Assembly: GCA_026692965.1 (NCBI GenBank)
Contig: JAPLNF010000297.1
Location: forward strand, 1-62,020
Origin: Planctomycetota bacterium
GTDB taxonomy: Bacteria > Planctomycetota > Planctomycetia > Gemmatales > Gemmataceae
DNA length: 62,020 bases
Reading direction: 5' to 3'
Each line of letters starts with the position of its first letter. Position 1 is the first letter of the stretch. Of this stretch, positions 37,056 to 46,223 are shown one piece after another. A model generated the notes under the pieces. That model was not told the DNA's origin. It saw only the letters and a program-made list of their open reading frames with translations, and made no database searches. Both the position numbers and the translations under genes were made by a program.

Positions 37056-38111
37056 ATGGTTTCCCCTTCGCATAACAAGTTATGGATTAAAACCGGTTTG
37101 GTTTTTTGTACCGGTATAGTGCTTATCGCGGCATATATATCCAATGCGGATACCAATCTGCAAACTGCGGGTGCAATGGCTAAAGCTGTTGATGAGTTTT
37201 CTGCAACCCTTTCTGCGGAACAGAAAAAGAAGGCATTGTTTACTTTTGAGGACTCGGAGAGAACTAATTGGAACTTTGTGCCACTACAAGATAAAGCTAA
37301 AAACCCTACGCGAAAAGGCTTGCGTATGGAAGAAATGTCCGGCGAGCAAAAGCAACTTGCTCTGAGTATGGTGCAAGCTGGTACCAGCAAAGAGGGTTAT
37401 TCCCGAGTTCGTGGGATCATGGGCCTTGAGCAAGTGTTAAAGGAAAACGAGAAAAATGGTACCAATGTTCGAAGTTCTGAGTGGTACTTTGTCTCTGTTT
37501 TTGGAACCCCTGGTGCAGGGAAAAAATGGGGATGGCGTTTTGAAGGCCACCATCTTTCCTTGAACTTTGTGATCGAAGGCAATAAAGTGGTTAGCGCGAC
37601 CCCATCTTTTTTTGGTGCCAATCCAGCTTTAGTATTAAATGGTGATAAAAAAGGACTCCGCACCCTTCCCGAAACCGAAGATTTTGCAAAGAAACTGATT
37701 GCATCCCTTTCTGATGAACAAAAAAAAGTTGCATTTACTGAAAAGTTGTTTGCAGAAATTGAACAAGGGAAATCAGTGGCTCCTACTTTTTCGAAAGGGT
37801 TGGAATCTGGCGCACTAAATCCTGAACAGAAGAAAATCGTTCAAGAAATGATCCGTGCTTATTCTAATCGCTTCCCGAAAGATTTTGCTGAAAAAGAAGC
37901 AGCAAGACTCGTTTGCTCTGATTTTGCAAAAATTGATTTTAGCTATGCTTTGGACAAATCAAAACCAGGTGACCCCTACACCTATAGGCTTCAAGGCCCT
38001 GATTTTTTAATTGAGTTTATAAATATGCAAGCTGATGCTAGTGGAAACCCAGCAAACCATATTCATAGTGCCTGGAGGGCTTCTAAGGGGGATTTTGGAA
38101 ATCAAAACTAG
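37056..38111 (+). CDS. DUF3500-family protein (secreted/anchored)
   Basis: Hydrophobic N-terminus. WRFEGHHLSLNF and HIHSAWR motifs are characteristic of DUF3500. Confidence 0.7.
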   Translation: MVSPSHNKLWIKTGLVFCTGIVLIAAYISNADTNLQTAGAMAKAVDEFSATLSAEQKKKALFTFEDSERTNWNFVPLQDKAKNPTRKGLRMEEMSGEQKQLALSMVQAGTSKEGYSRVRGIMGLEQVLKENEKNGTNVRSSEWYFVSVFGTPGAGKKWGWRFEGHHLSLNFVIEGNKVVSATPSFFGANPALVLNGDKKGLRTLPETEDFAKKLIASLSDEQKKVAFTEKLFAEIEQGKSVAPTFSKGLESGALNPEQKKIVQEMIRAYSNRFPKDFAEKEAARLVCSDFAKIDFSYALDKSKPGDPYTYRLQGPDFLIEFINMQADASGNPANHIHSAWRASKGDFGNQN

Positions 38112-38138
38112 CCTATCACTTAGTAGTCGGTTTTTTCG

Positions 38139-38176
38139 ACACCAGTCGGGTTTTCCGGCTGGTGTTTTGTTTTTTG
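38139..38176 (+). terminator. intrinsic terminator after the DUF3500 gene
   Basis: ACACCAGTCGG (38139-38149), loop GTTTT, CCGGCTGGTGT (38155-38165, one G-U pair), followed by TTTGTTTTTT. Confidence 0.6.
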
Positions 38177-38365
38177 GCTTACTACAACAATCTATAATGC
38201 TTACAAATTGCCTCTAATACTCATATTTGATTTTTCTTATTTGTTGGCATGGCGTTTGCTTAACAAGTATATAGCAATGGAAGTTTAATTGCTAAGACTA
38301 AGTGAAGGCTTTTTGCCCAGGAGCCGTTACTTTTTTTACATTTAAGAGTTCTATGCTAAATCGGT

Positions 38366-38388
38366 AGGGGTTTTCGCCCAAAACCCCT
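38366..38388 (-). terminator. hairpin downstream of aguB (weak terminator candidate)
   Basis: AGGGGTTTT (38366-38374), loop CGCCC, AAAACCCCT (38380-38388). No clear U-run on the minus strand. Confidence 0.25.
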
Positions 38389-38459
38389 GCTATATTTAAA
38401 CATCCACTTCGACATCAAAAATTTTGACTGATTAGTAATACTTCTAAGAAAAAACGAAC

Positions 38460-39359
38460 TCATAGCGTGGTTTTGCTATTCCAGCGGTTTGATATTCCTT
38501 TATAAAAATCAACCCTTCGATCCCGAAAAAAGGGCCAATTCCTGCGCGTTTCCTCGATCATCTTCCTAGAACAGCTTGTAACTATTACTTCGTCTTTCTG
38601 CTCAATTGAAAGATGCAGATAGCCTCCGTAAGTGTTTAATACATGTGAATTTCCCCAAAACTCTAAACTCCCGCCAGAACTGTTTTTTTCTAAACCTACC
38701 CGGTTTACTGCTGCAACATATACCCCGTTTGCGATCGAGTGGGATCGGTGCATTGTAAGCCAAGCCTCTGCTTGTGCTTTACCGTAGATTTCTTTCTCAT
38801 GAGAATGCCAGCCAATAGCGGTGGGATAAAAAATAATTTCTGCGCCTTCAAGAGCGGTAAGCCTTGCAGCCTCTGGGTACCATTGGTCCCAGCAAACAAG
38901 AACCCCTACTTCGGCAAAAGGGGTTTTAAAGGATTTAAAACCAAGATCTCCTGGTGTGAAATAATATTTTTCGTAAAAAAGAGGGTCATCAGGAATATGC
39001 ATTTTGCGATAAATACCAATGATGTTTCCATCTGGGCCAATAACTACAGCAGTGTTGTGATAAAGGCCTGGGGCCCGTTTTTCAAAAACCGACCCAATAA
39101 CAACGCAACGGTTTTTCTTTGCACAAAGCGCCAGAGCATCCGTGGTAGGCCCCGGAATAGGTTCTGCTAGTTCGAATAAAGCGGGATCTTGGACTTGGCA
39201 AAAATAAGGTGTGAGGAAAAGTTCTTGCAGACAAATAATCTGCGCCCCTTTAGATGCAGCTTCATCAATACCAGCAAGAGCCCTTTCAAGATTCGAATTA
39301 GAATCTTGCTGGCATACCATCTGGATTAATCCGATATTGAAAATATCATCTTTTTGCAT
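38460..39359 (-). CDS. aguB: N-carbamoylputrescine amidase (carbon-nitrogen hydrolase family)
   Basis: ICLQELF, catalytic-Cys context VLVCWDQWYPEAAR, and FYPTAIGW. I prefer the ATG at 39359 (MQKDDIFNIGLIQM) over the upstream start at 39413. Confidence 0.8.
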   Translation of the reverse strand: MQKDDIFNIGLIQMVCQQDSNSNLERALAGIDEAASKGAQIICLQELFLTPYFCQVQDPALFELAEPIPGPTTDALALCAKKNRCVVIGSVFEKRAPGLYHNTAVVIGPDGNIIGIYRKMHIPDDPLFYEKYYFTPGDLGFKSFKTPFAEVGVLVCWDQWYPEAARLTALEGAEIIFYPTAIGWHSHEKEIYGKAQAEAWLTMHRSHSIANGVYVAAVNRVGLEKNSSGGSLEFWGNSHVLNTYGGYLHLSIEQKDEVIVTSCSRKMIEETRRNWPFFRDRRVDFYKGISNRWNSKTTL

Positions 39360-39469
39360 AATGTTTTTCCAGAAATTCAGGCCCAAGCCGTTGCTAAAAT
39401 ATAAAATAAACAATGAACTATTATTTAATAGGCTATTAAAAAGCTGTTGCTAAGTCTTGGAGTGGATGC

Positions 39470-40264
39470 GTGCAGAATATTTCTTTAAGTGAGTTACATA
39501 AACAAATTAAAACGCATCTGGAATGCCTAAAGGTTTCGGGTATTGAGTGGCTCGAAAACAGTAATAATTCTAATTTTCAAGCTAGGGTGCCCATAGTTCA
39601 TGAGCAGTTACCTTTGGAAAGTATGGCAGTAACTCAGAATGTTGTTGTAACCTCCCCTGCCCCAGTAATTCCATCGCAGCACTCACTGGAAAAGAAAACA
39701 TTATTATTGCAGCAGCTTAAAGATGAAGTTGCATCTTGTGTAAAATGCCCGCAACTTGCCCAAACAAGAAAAAACACAGTCTTTGGCATTGGTAAAATAG
39801 AACCCGATATTTGTTTTGTTGGTGAAGCACCTGGGATTACTGAAGATGAAAAAGGAATTCCATTTGTTGGTGAAGATGGCTTATTGTTAGATAAAATTCT
39901 TAAGGCTTGTGGCTTATCTCGGGATGAGGTTTATTTTCTAAATATTATTAGTTGCAAACCGCCTGATAAACGATTGCCATTGCTAACAGAAATTTCCAAC
40001 TGTCGCGGGTTTCTTGAAAAACATTTGGCATTGGTAAAACCAAAAGTGATTTGTTGTCTTGGGTCTTGTGCCGCAGAAAATCTACTTGATACTAAAATAC
40101 CAACCAACAAATTAAGAGGCAAATTTTACGATTGGAAAGGGATCCAAGTTTTATGTACTTATCATCCGTTATATTTAATACGGAATCCTGAAAAGAAAAA
40201 AGAAGTTTGGGAAGATATGAAGTTCTTAATTTCGCACCTTGGACGATCGCTTCCAGTTCTCTGA
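39470..40264 (+). CDS. family-4 uracil-DNA glycosylase with about 90-aa N-terminal extension
   Basis: GEAPGITEDEKGIPFVGEDG (motif A) and TYHPLYLIRNP (motif B). GTG start. Confidence 0.8.
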   Translation: MQNISLSELHKQIKTHLECLKVSGIEWLENSNNSNFQARVPIVHEQLPLESMAVTQNVVVTSPAPVIPSQHSLEKKTLLLQQLKDEVASCVKCPQLAQTRKNTVFGIGKIEPDICFVGEAPGITEDEKGIPFVGEDGLLLDKILKACGLSRDEVYFLNIISCKPPDKRLPLLTEISNCRGFLEKHLALVKPKVICCLGSCAAENLLDTKIPTNKLRGKFYDWKGIQVLCTYHPLYLIRNPEKKKEVWEDMKFLISHLGRSLPVL

Positions 40265-40265
40265 T

Positions 40266-41672
40266 TCATGTTTTTTCATGAAGCATTATTTTTTCCATGA
40301 CCAATGAAAAATCAATGGGAGTTTCGATGAAGGTGTTTCCATGCCTTGCAGGAATATGCATTAGTTTTTTTTTGCCCATTAAGAAAACAGTATGAAGGAA
40401 TCGCCTGCGTAACTCTGATTCAGTGATCATTTTTGCAAAAGTTTCTTTGATAGAAAGATAGTTGTCTAATTCAATAATAAGGTGCCTGAAAGATTCACGA
40501 CTGTAAACGTTAAGGGCCTGTTCAAGGTTGTTTGCCTGCAAAATTCTAAATCCCCTGTTTTGCATATATGCTTTAATCAATTGTCTTTTTTTATCGCTGC
40601 GGATCACCAAAAATATTGTGGAACCGTCCATTGCTGGATTAACACCATATTCTGATTGGATTTTTTTTCGAATGGACTGAATTGCGATTTGAACTTGTAG
40701 GAAATCCTTATAACGCATTTTTGGATCGATTGAAATCATGTTCTTGATGATAGGCAAAGTTTCCGATGGTAATGTTTTTTCAAATTCCGTGTTGAATAGA
40801 AGCTTGAATTTATTGCTGTTATACATTTCTTTTCTTTTTTGAAATGATCCTGGAAGCAGAGTTTTTCCTGTAAGAAGGTGATAGAAAAGACAACCTGCAA
40901 AAAATATATCTGATTGCGTAGGGGATGAAGATGAGCTTGAATGTTTTTCTAATCCCGCATAATCAAAGGACAAAGAATTTTGGTTTTTAATCTGGCCTGA
41001 TGTGGGATCAAAAATTGAAGCAAAACGAAAATTGTTGATTTTAGGATGTGATGTATTATCAAGTAGAACTTTTGCTCCTGAGAAATTTCCGTGTGATATA
41101 CCTATTTTTTGTAAATATAAAAAAGCCTTAATAACATCTTCCATAATTAAACATGCTTCAGGGAGACTTAGAAATGTTTTGATTTCTAGCCAGTCGTAAA
41201 CGGATCCTCCTTTGACCCATTCCAGTGCAAGATAAGGTGGTATGTTTTTAGTTCCGGGAAATAAATCCAAAGTTTTTACAATATTGGGGTGGTTGATGTC
41301 TTTAAGAATTTCTCCTTGTCGCAGAAATTTTAAAGTTTCACCATTATTGCTAGAGTGTCTTTTCCGTAGTACTTTTAATGCAACAATTTCACCAGTATCT
41401 ATGTTCTTTGCTTTGTAAGTACGGCCCAAATTGCCTAGTCCAACGGGCGAAAGAAGTTGGTAACCGTTAAACAAAAGCATGGTTCCATCGCCTGCAATTA
41501 TTTTTCTAATCTGCCAATCGGTTAGGTGGTTATTTTGGGTGAGAATTTTTGGATCAATAAAATTACTATTCACCGACCTAATATGTGCCAGCACTTCTTC
41601 TGCAATAGGAGGAGTGATAAGGCCAAGTCTTTGGGTTAAATGAACCAAGCCAGTAAATTCATCGATTTCCAT
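40266..41672 (-). CDS. pseudokinase (Hanks fold, catalytic motifs degenerate) with C-terminal degenerate receiver-like domain
   Basis: GLGNLGRTYKA and VALKVL are retained. HRD is replaced by ISHGNFSGAKVLL and DFG by NNFRFA. The C-terminal IFLVIRSDKK...LIIELD...FIETPIDF resembles a REC domain lacking the acidic pocket pair. Confidence 0.6.
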   Translation of the reverse strand: MEIDEFTGLVHLTQRLGLITPPIAEEVLAHIRSVNSNFIDPKILTQNNHLTDWQIRKIIAGDGTMLLFNGYQLLSPVGLGNLGRTYKAKNIDTGEIVALKVLRKRHSSNNGETLKFLRQGEILKDINHPNIVKTLDLFPGTKNIPPYLALEWVKGGSVYDWLEIKTFLSLPEACLIMEDVIKAFLYLQKIGISHGNFSGAKVLLDNTSHPKINNFRFASIFDPTSGQIKNQNSLSFDYAGLEKHSSSSSSPTQSDIFFAGCLFYHLLTGKTLLPGSFQKRKEMYNSNKFKLLFNTEFEKTLPSETLPIIKNMISIDPKMRYKDFLQVQIAIQSIRKKIQSEYGVNPAMDGSTIFLVIRSDKKRQLIKAYMQNRGFRILQANNLEQALNVYSRESFRHLIIELDNYLSIKETFAKMITESELRRRFLHTVFLMGKKKLMHIPARHGNTFIETPIDFSLVMEKIMLHEKT

Positions 41673-41952
41673 AATAATTATTATTGCATGTATTTACGGG
41701 GATTTCGATGGAAGGCGTTAAATTTTGATTAAATGATCAAATTTTGTTAGTTCCGGTATTTTAGGGGAAAGGTGTCAAGTAGGTTGAGAATGATTTTGCT
41801 AAGAAAGCTATAAACTCGTATTGAAGAAAAATGTTATCAAGGCTATTTGGTTCGCTTGTAGTTGGGGATTTTTACATTGTGGGTGAAATAACATAATAAG
41901 TTGGTAAACAAACATGGTTTTTTATCAAAAACGAGTATGCAAGAGAATTATA

Positions 41953-42717
41953 ATGCGATCCATGTTGATTGGGTTGTTAATTGCTGCTCCGGGTTGTGCT
42001 TCATTGTGGGATTCCGTTACCAGTAGAGAATTTCGAATTAAGAATTTATTCATGCCCTCTGATCCTCCTTTGGTGGTTTTAGAAAAGAGTGTAGATGGGG
42101 ATAAACGATCTGTTGCTCTTGCTTCCCTTAAAGAACCATTGGCAAATAATGGAACTGCAGAAGAGCAAGAAAAGGTATTTAAAATACTTTCAGATGCAGC
42201 ATTAATCGACCGACAAGCAATATGCAGGCTTCAAGCAATATCAACACTTCGCACATTCAAGGATTCGCGAACCTCGGAAGTATTGAAAGATGCTTACTAT
42301 CGAGCTTCAAATTTTAATCCCGAGACAGCCACGGTCATTAAATGCCAAGTTCTGAATTCATTAGGCGATGTACGAACGCCATCCGGTTTAGAGTTACTGG
42401 TTAAAGTGTTAAAAGAACCAGCAGTTGTTGGTTCTGAACAGGATCGCCAACAAAAAGTTGATGAAAGAATTATTGCTGCCAAGGCGTTAGGAAAATATAA
42501 GGAATATCAAGCTTCAGAATGCTTGTTATCAGTGCTACAAAGTGAACAAGATGTCGCATTGGTGAATTGTTGCAGAGATTCATTACAAACGATAACAGGT
42601 AAGAATTTACCTGCGAATTATGAGGTGTGGGCAAAATATTTGCATAACTCATCAGATAAAGATCAAAACCAAGGGTTCTTTCAAAAGATATTTCAAACTT
42701 CTGGAACCAGCAAGTAA
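41953..42717 (+). CDS. HEAT-repeat protein, possible lipoprotein
   Basis: MRSMLIGLLIAAPGCAS signal with Cys. Repeated ...A..ALG......A...L...L... HEAT/PBS-lyase-like units. I prefer the ATG at 41953. Confidence 0.55.
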   Translation: MRSMLIGLLIAAPGCASLWDSVTSREFRIKNLFMPSDPPLVVLEKSVDGDKRSVALASLKEPLANNGTAEEQEKVFKILSDAALIDRQAICRLQAISTLRTFKDSRTSEVLKDAYYRASNFNPETATVIKCQVLNSLGDVRTPSGLELLVKVLKEPAVVGSEQDRQQKVDERIIAAKALGKYKEYQASECLLSVLQSEQDVALVNCCRDSLQTITGKNLPANYEVWAKYLHNSSDKDQNQGFFQKIFQTSGTSK

Positions 42718-43692
42718 TTATTTATCTTTCATTGGTTTAGCTGCGGGAAACAAAAGAATAGTGTCTTCAACCGGTTGGTAAGTAATTCCTATAGGATCTA
42801 AAATTCCAGTTAGCCATACTGCAAAAGGAATATTATCAGCGGCTGAAGCTTTTACAGGTTTTTTGTCAGCATCGTCAATCATCATAGCTGCGAATGCTTT
42901 TTTGTTGATTTCAAATTTAACATTGTATTTTTTTGTTAATTCGTCAAGCAATTCTTGAAGAGGTTTTTCTACCCCTTCATCTTCTTTTATTTTGGTCTCG
43001 AGTATTTTTTTGATGTTGTCATTTGGGGCTGGTGCATCAATCGTAGGCACCGAATCTGAACTTTTTTCAATAGATTTTTTAACATGCAGCACGGGTTTAA
43101 CAAAATCTCTGTCACGCATGGAGATTAATAACCCATTGTTTGCAGCAAGAAAAAGCCTGTCGTTAGTTCGATTTACAACTGGAAATACAAAATCGTGAAT
43201 ATCCCAGGTAGTTAAATATGCACCATTGTTTCGATCGATGATCACCATTCTGCCGCTTCGATCAAGGGTGTAAAGAAACTTGGAATTTGCCGCAATTAGG
43301 CGATCAGATTTTTCTTGTGATGGTGTAAATCGGTTTCCATTACTGATGTTCCACATAGGTAAACCAGTTTCACGAGATAATTTCACCAATCCGTTTCTTT
43401 CACCGGTTACAAATATTTCGCTATCAGTAATAAATGGGCGATGATGAACCGTGCTTCCAATTGTGTAGCGCCAAAGAAGTTTTCCTGATTGCAAATCAAA
43501 AGAATGTAAACATGCATCCATCGAACCGATATAGGCAATAGATTCATAGAGGGAAGGTGGAACAATAACAGGTTTGTCGGCAGAGTAACCTTGGTTTGAT
43601 TCAAGGGTAGTGTGGCTTAAATCTGAATGCTTATTGAGGGCTACCAAGTCGCCTTTAATACCAACAGCAGAAACAATTTCATCAGTGACCAA
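42718..43692 (-). CDS. PQQ-like beta-propeller repeat protein, C-terminal fragment (frame open upstream to 43857)
   Basis: GKLLWRYTIGS, GLPMWNIS and similar propeller blades. The C-terminal about 90 aa (PLQELLDELTKKYNVKFEI...ILLFPA) is STN-like. See the frameshift finding. Confidence 0.6.
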   Translation of the reverse strand: MVTDEIVSAVGIKGDLVALNKHSDLSHTTLESNQGYSADKPVIVPPSLYESIAYIGSMDACLHSFDLQSGKLLWRYTIGSTVHHRPFITDSEIFVTGERNGLVKLSRETGLPMWNISNGNRFTPSQEKSDRLIAANSKFLYTLDRSGRMVIIDRNNGAYLTTWDIHDFVFPVVNRTNDRLFLAANNGLLISMRDRDFVKPVLHVKKSIEKSSDSVPTIDAPAPNDNIKKILETKIKEDEGVEKPLQELLDELTKKYNVKFEINKKAFAAMMIDDADKKPVKASAADNIPFAVWLTGILDPIGITYQPVEDTILLFPAAKPMKDK

Positions 43693-43787
43693 TAGTGGGT
43701 AATTTAAAATCAGTCGGGTTTGAAATTCCCAAATGATTTTTGGTTGAGGGCCTCTCGATCGAGATGTGCTTGAACCAAATGCGGGAG

Positions 43788-44297
43788 CTAAAGCATCAGC
43801 TTCAGCATCGTTATCGGGGACATCAACAATTTTGATCCTGATAGATATAAATGGTGCTTATCTACTGTTGGTGGGGCAGAAATTGATATTCCAAAGCTTG
43901 ATTGCCATACAATGTTGCCGTTTCTTCTATCAAGAGCGTAAAGATCATTTTCGTTCACAGCAAAAACAAATTTATCATTGAAAGCAATGTTGTAAAATAC
44001 TTGATAAGGTTTCCCAAAATGAGATTTCCAAACCACTTCGCCTGTTTCTGAATTAAAAACAATAACGGTGCCACTTCGAGTTTGGGCTATAACTTGGTTT
44101 TCTGAAATTTGAATATCGTGATAACCATCCCGCTTTCCTTCCATGGGTGAGAATGCCCGCCACATCATTTTAAGGTTAAGCCTATCAAGAACTTCTTGGG
44201 AAGGGATTTCGGGTTGGGAAAAAACCCGGAGATTGTCTGCCGCTTCTGCAGTATACCCGCAGATGAACAAGATTAAGGTAAGGTAGAAAGTTCGCAT
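43788..44297 (-). CDS. PQQ-like beta-propeller repeat protein, N-terminal fragment with signal peptide
   Basis: MRTFYLTLILFICGYTAEA signal. GEVVWKSHFG and NGNIVWQSSFG blades. The ORF ends in nonsense-looking sequence after ...DKHHLYLSGSK. Confidence 0.6.
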   Translation of the reverse strand: MRTFYLTLILFICGYTAEAADNLRVFSQPEIPSQEVLDRLNLKMMWRAFSPMEGKRDGYHDIQISENQVIAQTRSGTVIVFNSETGEVVWKSHFGKPYQVFYNIAFNDKFVFAVNENDLYALDRRNGNIVWQSSFGISISAPPTVDKHHLYLSGSKLLMSPITMLKLML

Positions 44298-44398
44298 TTA
44301 CAAAATCCCTTTTAAAAATGGTAACAAATGAAATCTACCACAGGATTAAAAATGCGTAATAAGTTTGATAATTTAAAATTTAAAATATCTTGCGATTA

Positions 44399-44920
44399 TC
44401 ACAATTTGGGAAAACCTTTACGGTTATGCCTTTTTTTCTGGAAAAATTCAGAAAGAATGCTGGAGCATTCATTTTCAAGCACGCCGGTAACAACCCTACT
44501 TCGATGGTTTAGCCTAGGATCATTTAAAAGATTAAAAAGGGAATGGCAGGCTCCCGCCTTGGGATCCATGCAGCCATATACAACCCAAGGTATACGCGAT
44601 TGGACAATAGCCCCAGCGCACATGGGGCAAGGTTCGAGGGTAACATATAAAATGCAGTTTTCTAGTCGCCAGGATTGTAAAAATTGCGCTGCTTGAGTGA
44701 TTGCAATCATCTCCGCATGCGCAGTTGGATCTTTAAGGAGTTCTCTTTGGTTGTGTGCCCGGGCGATAATTCCTTCTTTGGCAGACACAATCAGAGCCCC
44801 AACGGGGACTTCATCTTCTTGTTCGGCAAGACGAGCTTCTTCGAGTGCAATTTCCATGTGCATTATGTGGAATTGATGGCTTGGGTCTGAAAGTTCAAGA
44901 TTGAATTGATCCATATCCAT
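44399..44920 (-). CDS. tadA: tRNA adenosine(34) deaminase
   Basis: [15 protein letters not shown] and [15 protein letters not shown] zinc-binding motifs. Confidence 0.88.
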   Translation of the reverse strand: MDMDQFNLELSDPSHQFHIMHMEIALEEARLAEQEDEVPVGALIVSAKEGIIARAHNQRELLKDPTAHAEMIAITQAAQFLQSWRLENCILYVTLEPCPMCAGAIVQSRIPWVVYGCMDPKAGACHSLFNLLNDPRLNHRSRVVTGVLENECSSILSEFFQKKRHNRKGFPKL

Positions 44921-45032
44921 GATAATCTAATTTCAATATTTAAAATTAAGGGTTAAATCAAACAATTACTTTAGATTATAACCTATGTTGATCGTGTTCT
45001 AAATTTTACTTCTAAAAGATTGCAGGTGTGTA

Positions 45033-46223
45033 ATGTTTTCGCTTGAAAAGATACAGGAAAAATTGAAAGAATTCAATTTTGATGGGTGGTTGCTTTATGA
45101 TTTTCGTTTTTGCAATCCTTTGGCAAGGCGGGTGCTTGGGCTATCCGAAAAGCTTTTTCTCTCAAGACGCTGGTTTTATTTTATTCCTGCAAGCGGTGAT
45201 CCAGTAAAAATTAATCATAAGATCGAACCTACCGCACTTGCTTCTTACCCAGGCATTTCAAAAATTTATCTTCGATGGCAGGAATTAGAGTCATCCTTAA
45301 AAACAGTTTTGGCGGGCAAAAAAAGAATTGCAATGGAATATTCTCCGAATAATGCCATTCCGTATCTTTCGAGAGTTGATGCTGGGACTATTGAATTCAT
45401 AAAATCTCTTGGAGTTGATGTCGTTTCTTCCGGTGATTTGATTCAAGTTTTTGAATCATGCTTAAACCAAAAACAATTTCAAAACCATCTTGATGCAGCA
45501 ATTCATACACGGGAGGCGTATGAAGTTGTTTTTCGTTTTATTGCGGAATCAATTCGGGAAAAAATAGAAATTAAAGAAAGTGATGTAATCCGGATTATTA
45601 TGGAACATTTTTCCAGAAATAATTTGTTTACGGATCATGCACCGATTGTTGGGGTTAATTCCCATAGCGGGGACCCGCATTATTCTACTTCCAGCGAAAC
45701 AGATCGAAAGATCCAAGAAGGAGACTTTATCCTTGTTGATTTGTGGGCCAAGTTAAACGACCCTGAAGGTATTTATAGCGACCTTACTCGGACGGGATTT
45801 GTTGGAACTGTTGTGCCTGAAAAATACACAAAAATCTTTGATATTGTATCCCGGGCGCGTGATGCTGCGATTGAAAAAGTAACAAAAGTCTTTGCGGATG
45901 GCACACCAATCGAAGGTTGGGAGATTGATAATGTAACTCGAGAAGTGATAGTTAAGGCTGGTTATGGAGAATATTTTTGCCACCGTACCGGTCACTCGAT
46001 TGGCAAAGAAACCCATGGAAATGGTGCAAATATTGACGGATTAGAGACCTTGGATACGAGAAAGATTCTTCCCGGAAGTTTGTTTTCCATTGAACCAGGG
46101 ATTTATCTTGAAGAGTTTGGCGTTCGAAGTGAGGTGAATGTTTTTGTGGGTTGGGACAAGAAAGTTCAAGTTACAGGTGGGGAACCACAGAAATTTATAG
46201 TGCCGATTCTTAAAGATTATTGA
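45033..46223 (+). CDS. M24-family metallopeptidase (Xaa-Pro aminopeptidase-like)
   Basis: FILVDLWA, HRTGHSIG and SIEPGIYLEEFGVRSE are metal-ligand motifs of the pita-bread fold. Confidence 0.8.
   Translation: MFSLEKIQEKLKEFNFDGWLLYDFRFCNPLARRVLGLSEKLFLSRRWFYFIPASGDPVKINHKIEPTALASYPGISKIYLRWQELESSLKTVLAGKKRIAMEYSPNNAIPYLSRVDAGTIEFIKSLGVDVVSSGDLIQVFESCLNQKQFQNHLDAAIHTREAYEVVFRFIAESIREKIEIKESDVIRIIMEHFSRNNLFTDHAPIVGVNSHSGDPHYSTSSETDRKIQEGDFILVDLWAKLNDPEGIYSDLTRTGFVGTVVPEKYTKIFDIVSRARDAAIEKVTKVFADGTPIEGWEIDNVTREVIVKAGYGEYFCHRTGHSIGKETHGNGANIDGLETLDTRKILPGSLFSIEPGIYLEEFGVRSEVNVFVGWDKKVQVTGGEPQKFIVPILKDY

Noticed and set aside
37025-37390. 121-aa antisense ORF overlapping the start of the DUF3500 gene.
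   Set aside because: It lies almost entirely within a gene that has family-specific motifs. Its composition is Cys/Ser/Phe-rich and it has no motifs.
41719-41746. AT-rich imperfect palindrome (AAATTTTGATTA / TGATCAAATTTT) in the 280-nt region upstream of the HEAT-repeat gene.
   Set aside because: Only about 10 of 12 positions are symmetric, and the background is very AT-rich. This is not distinguishable from chance without comparative data.
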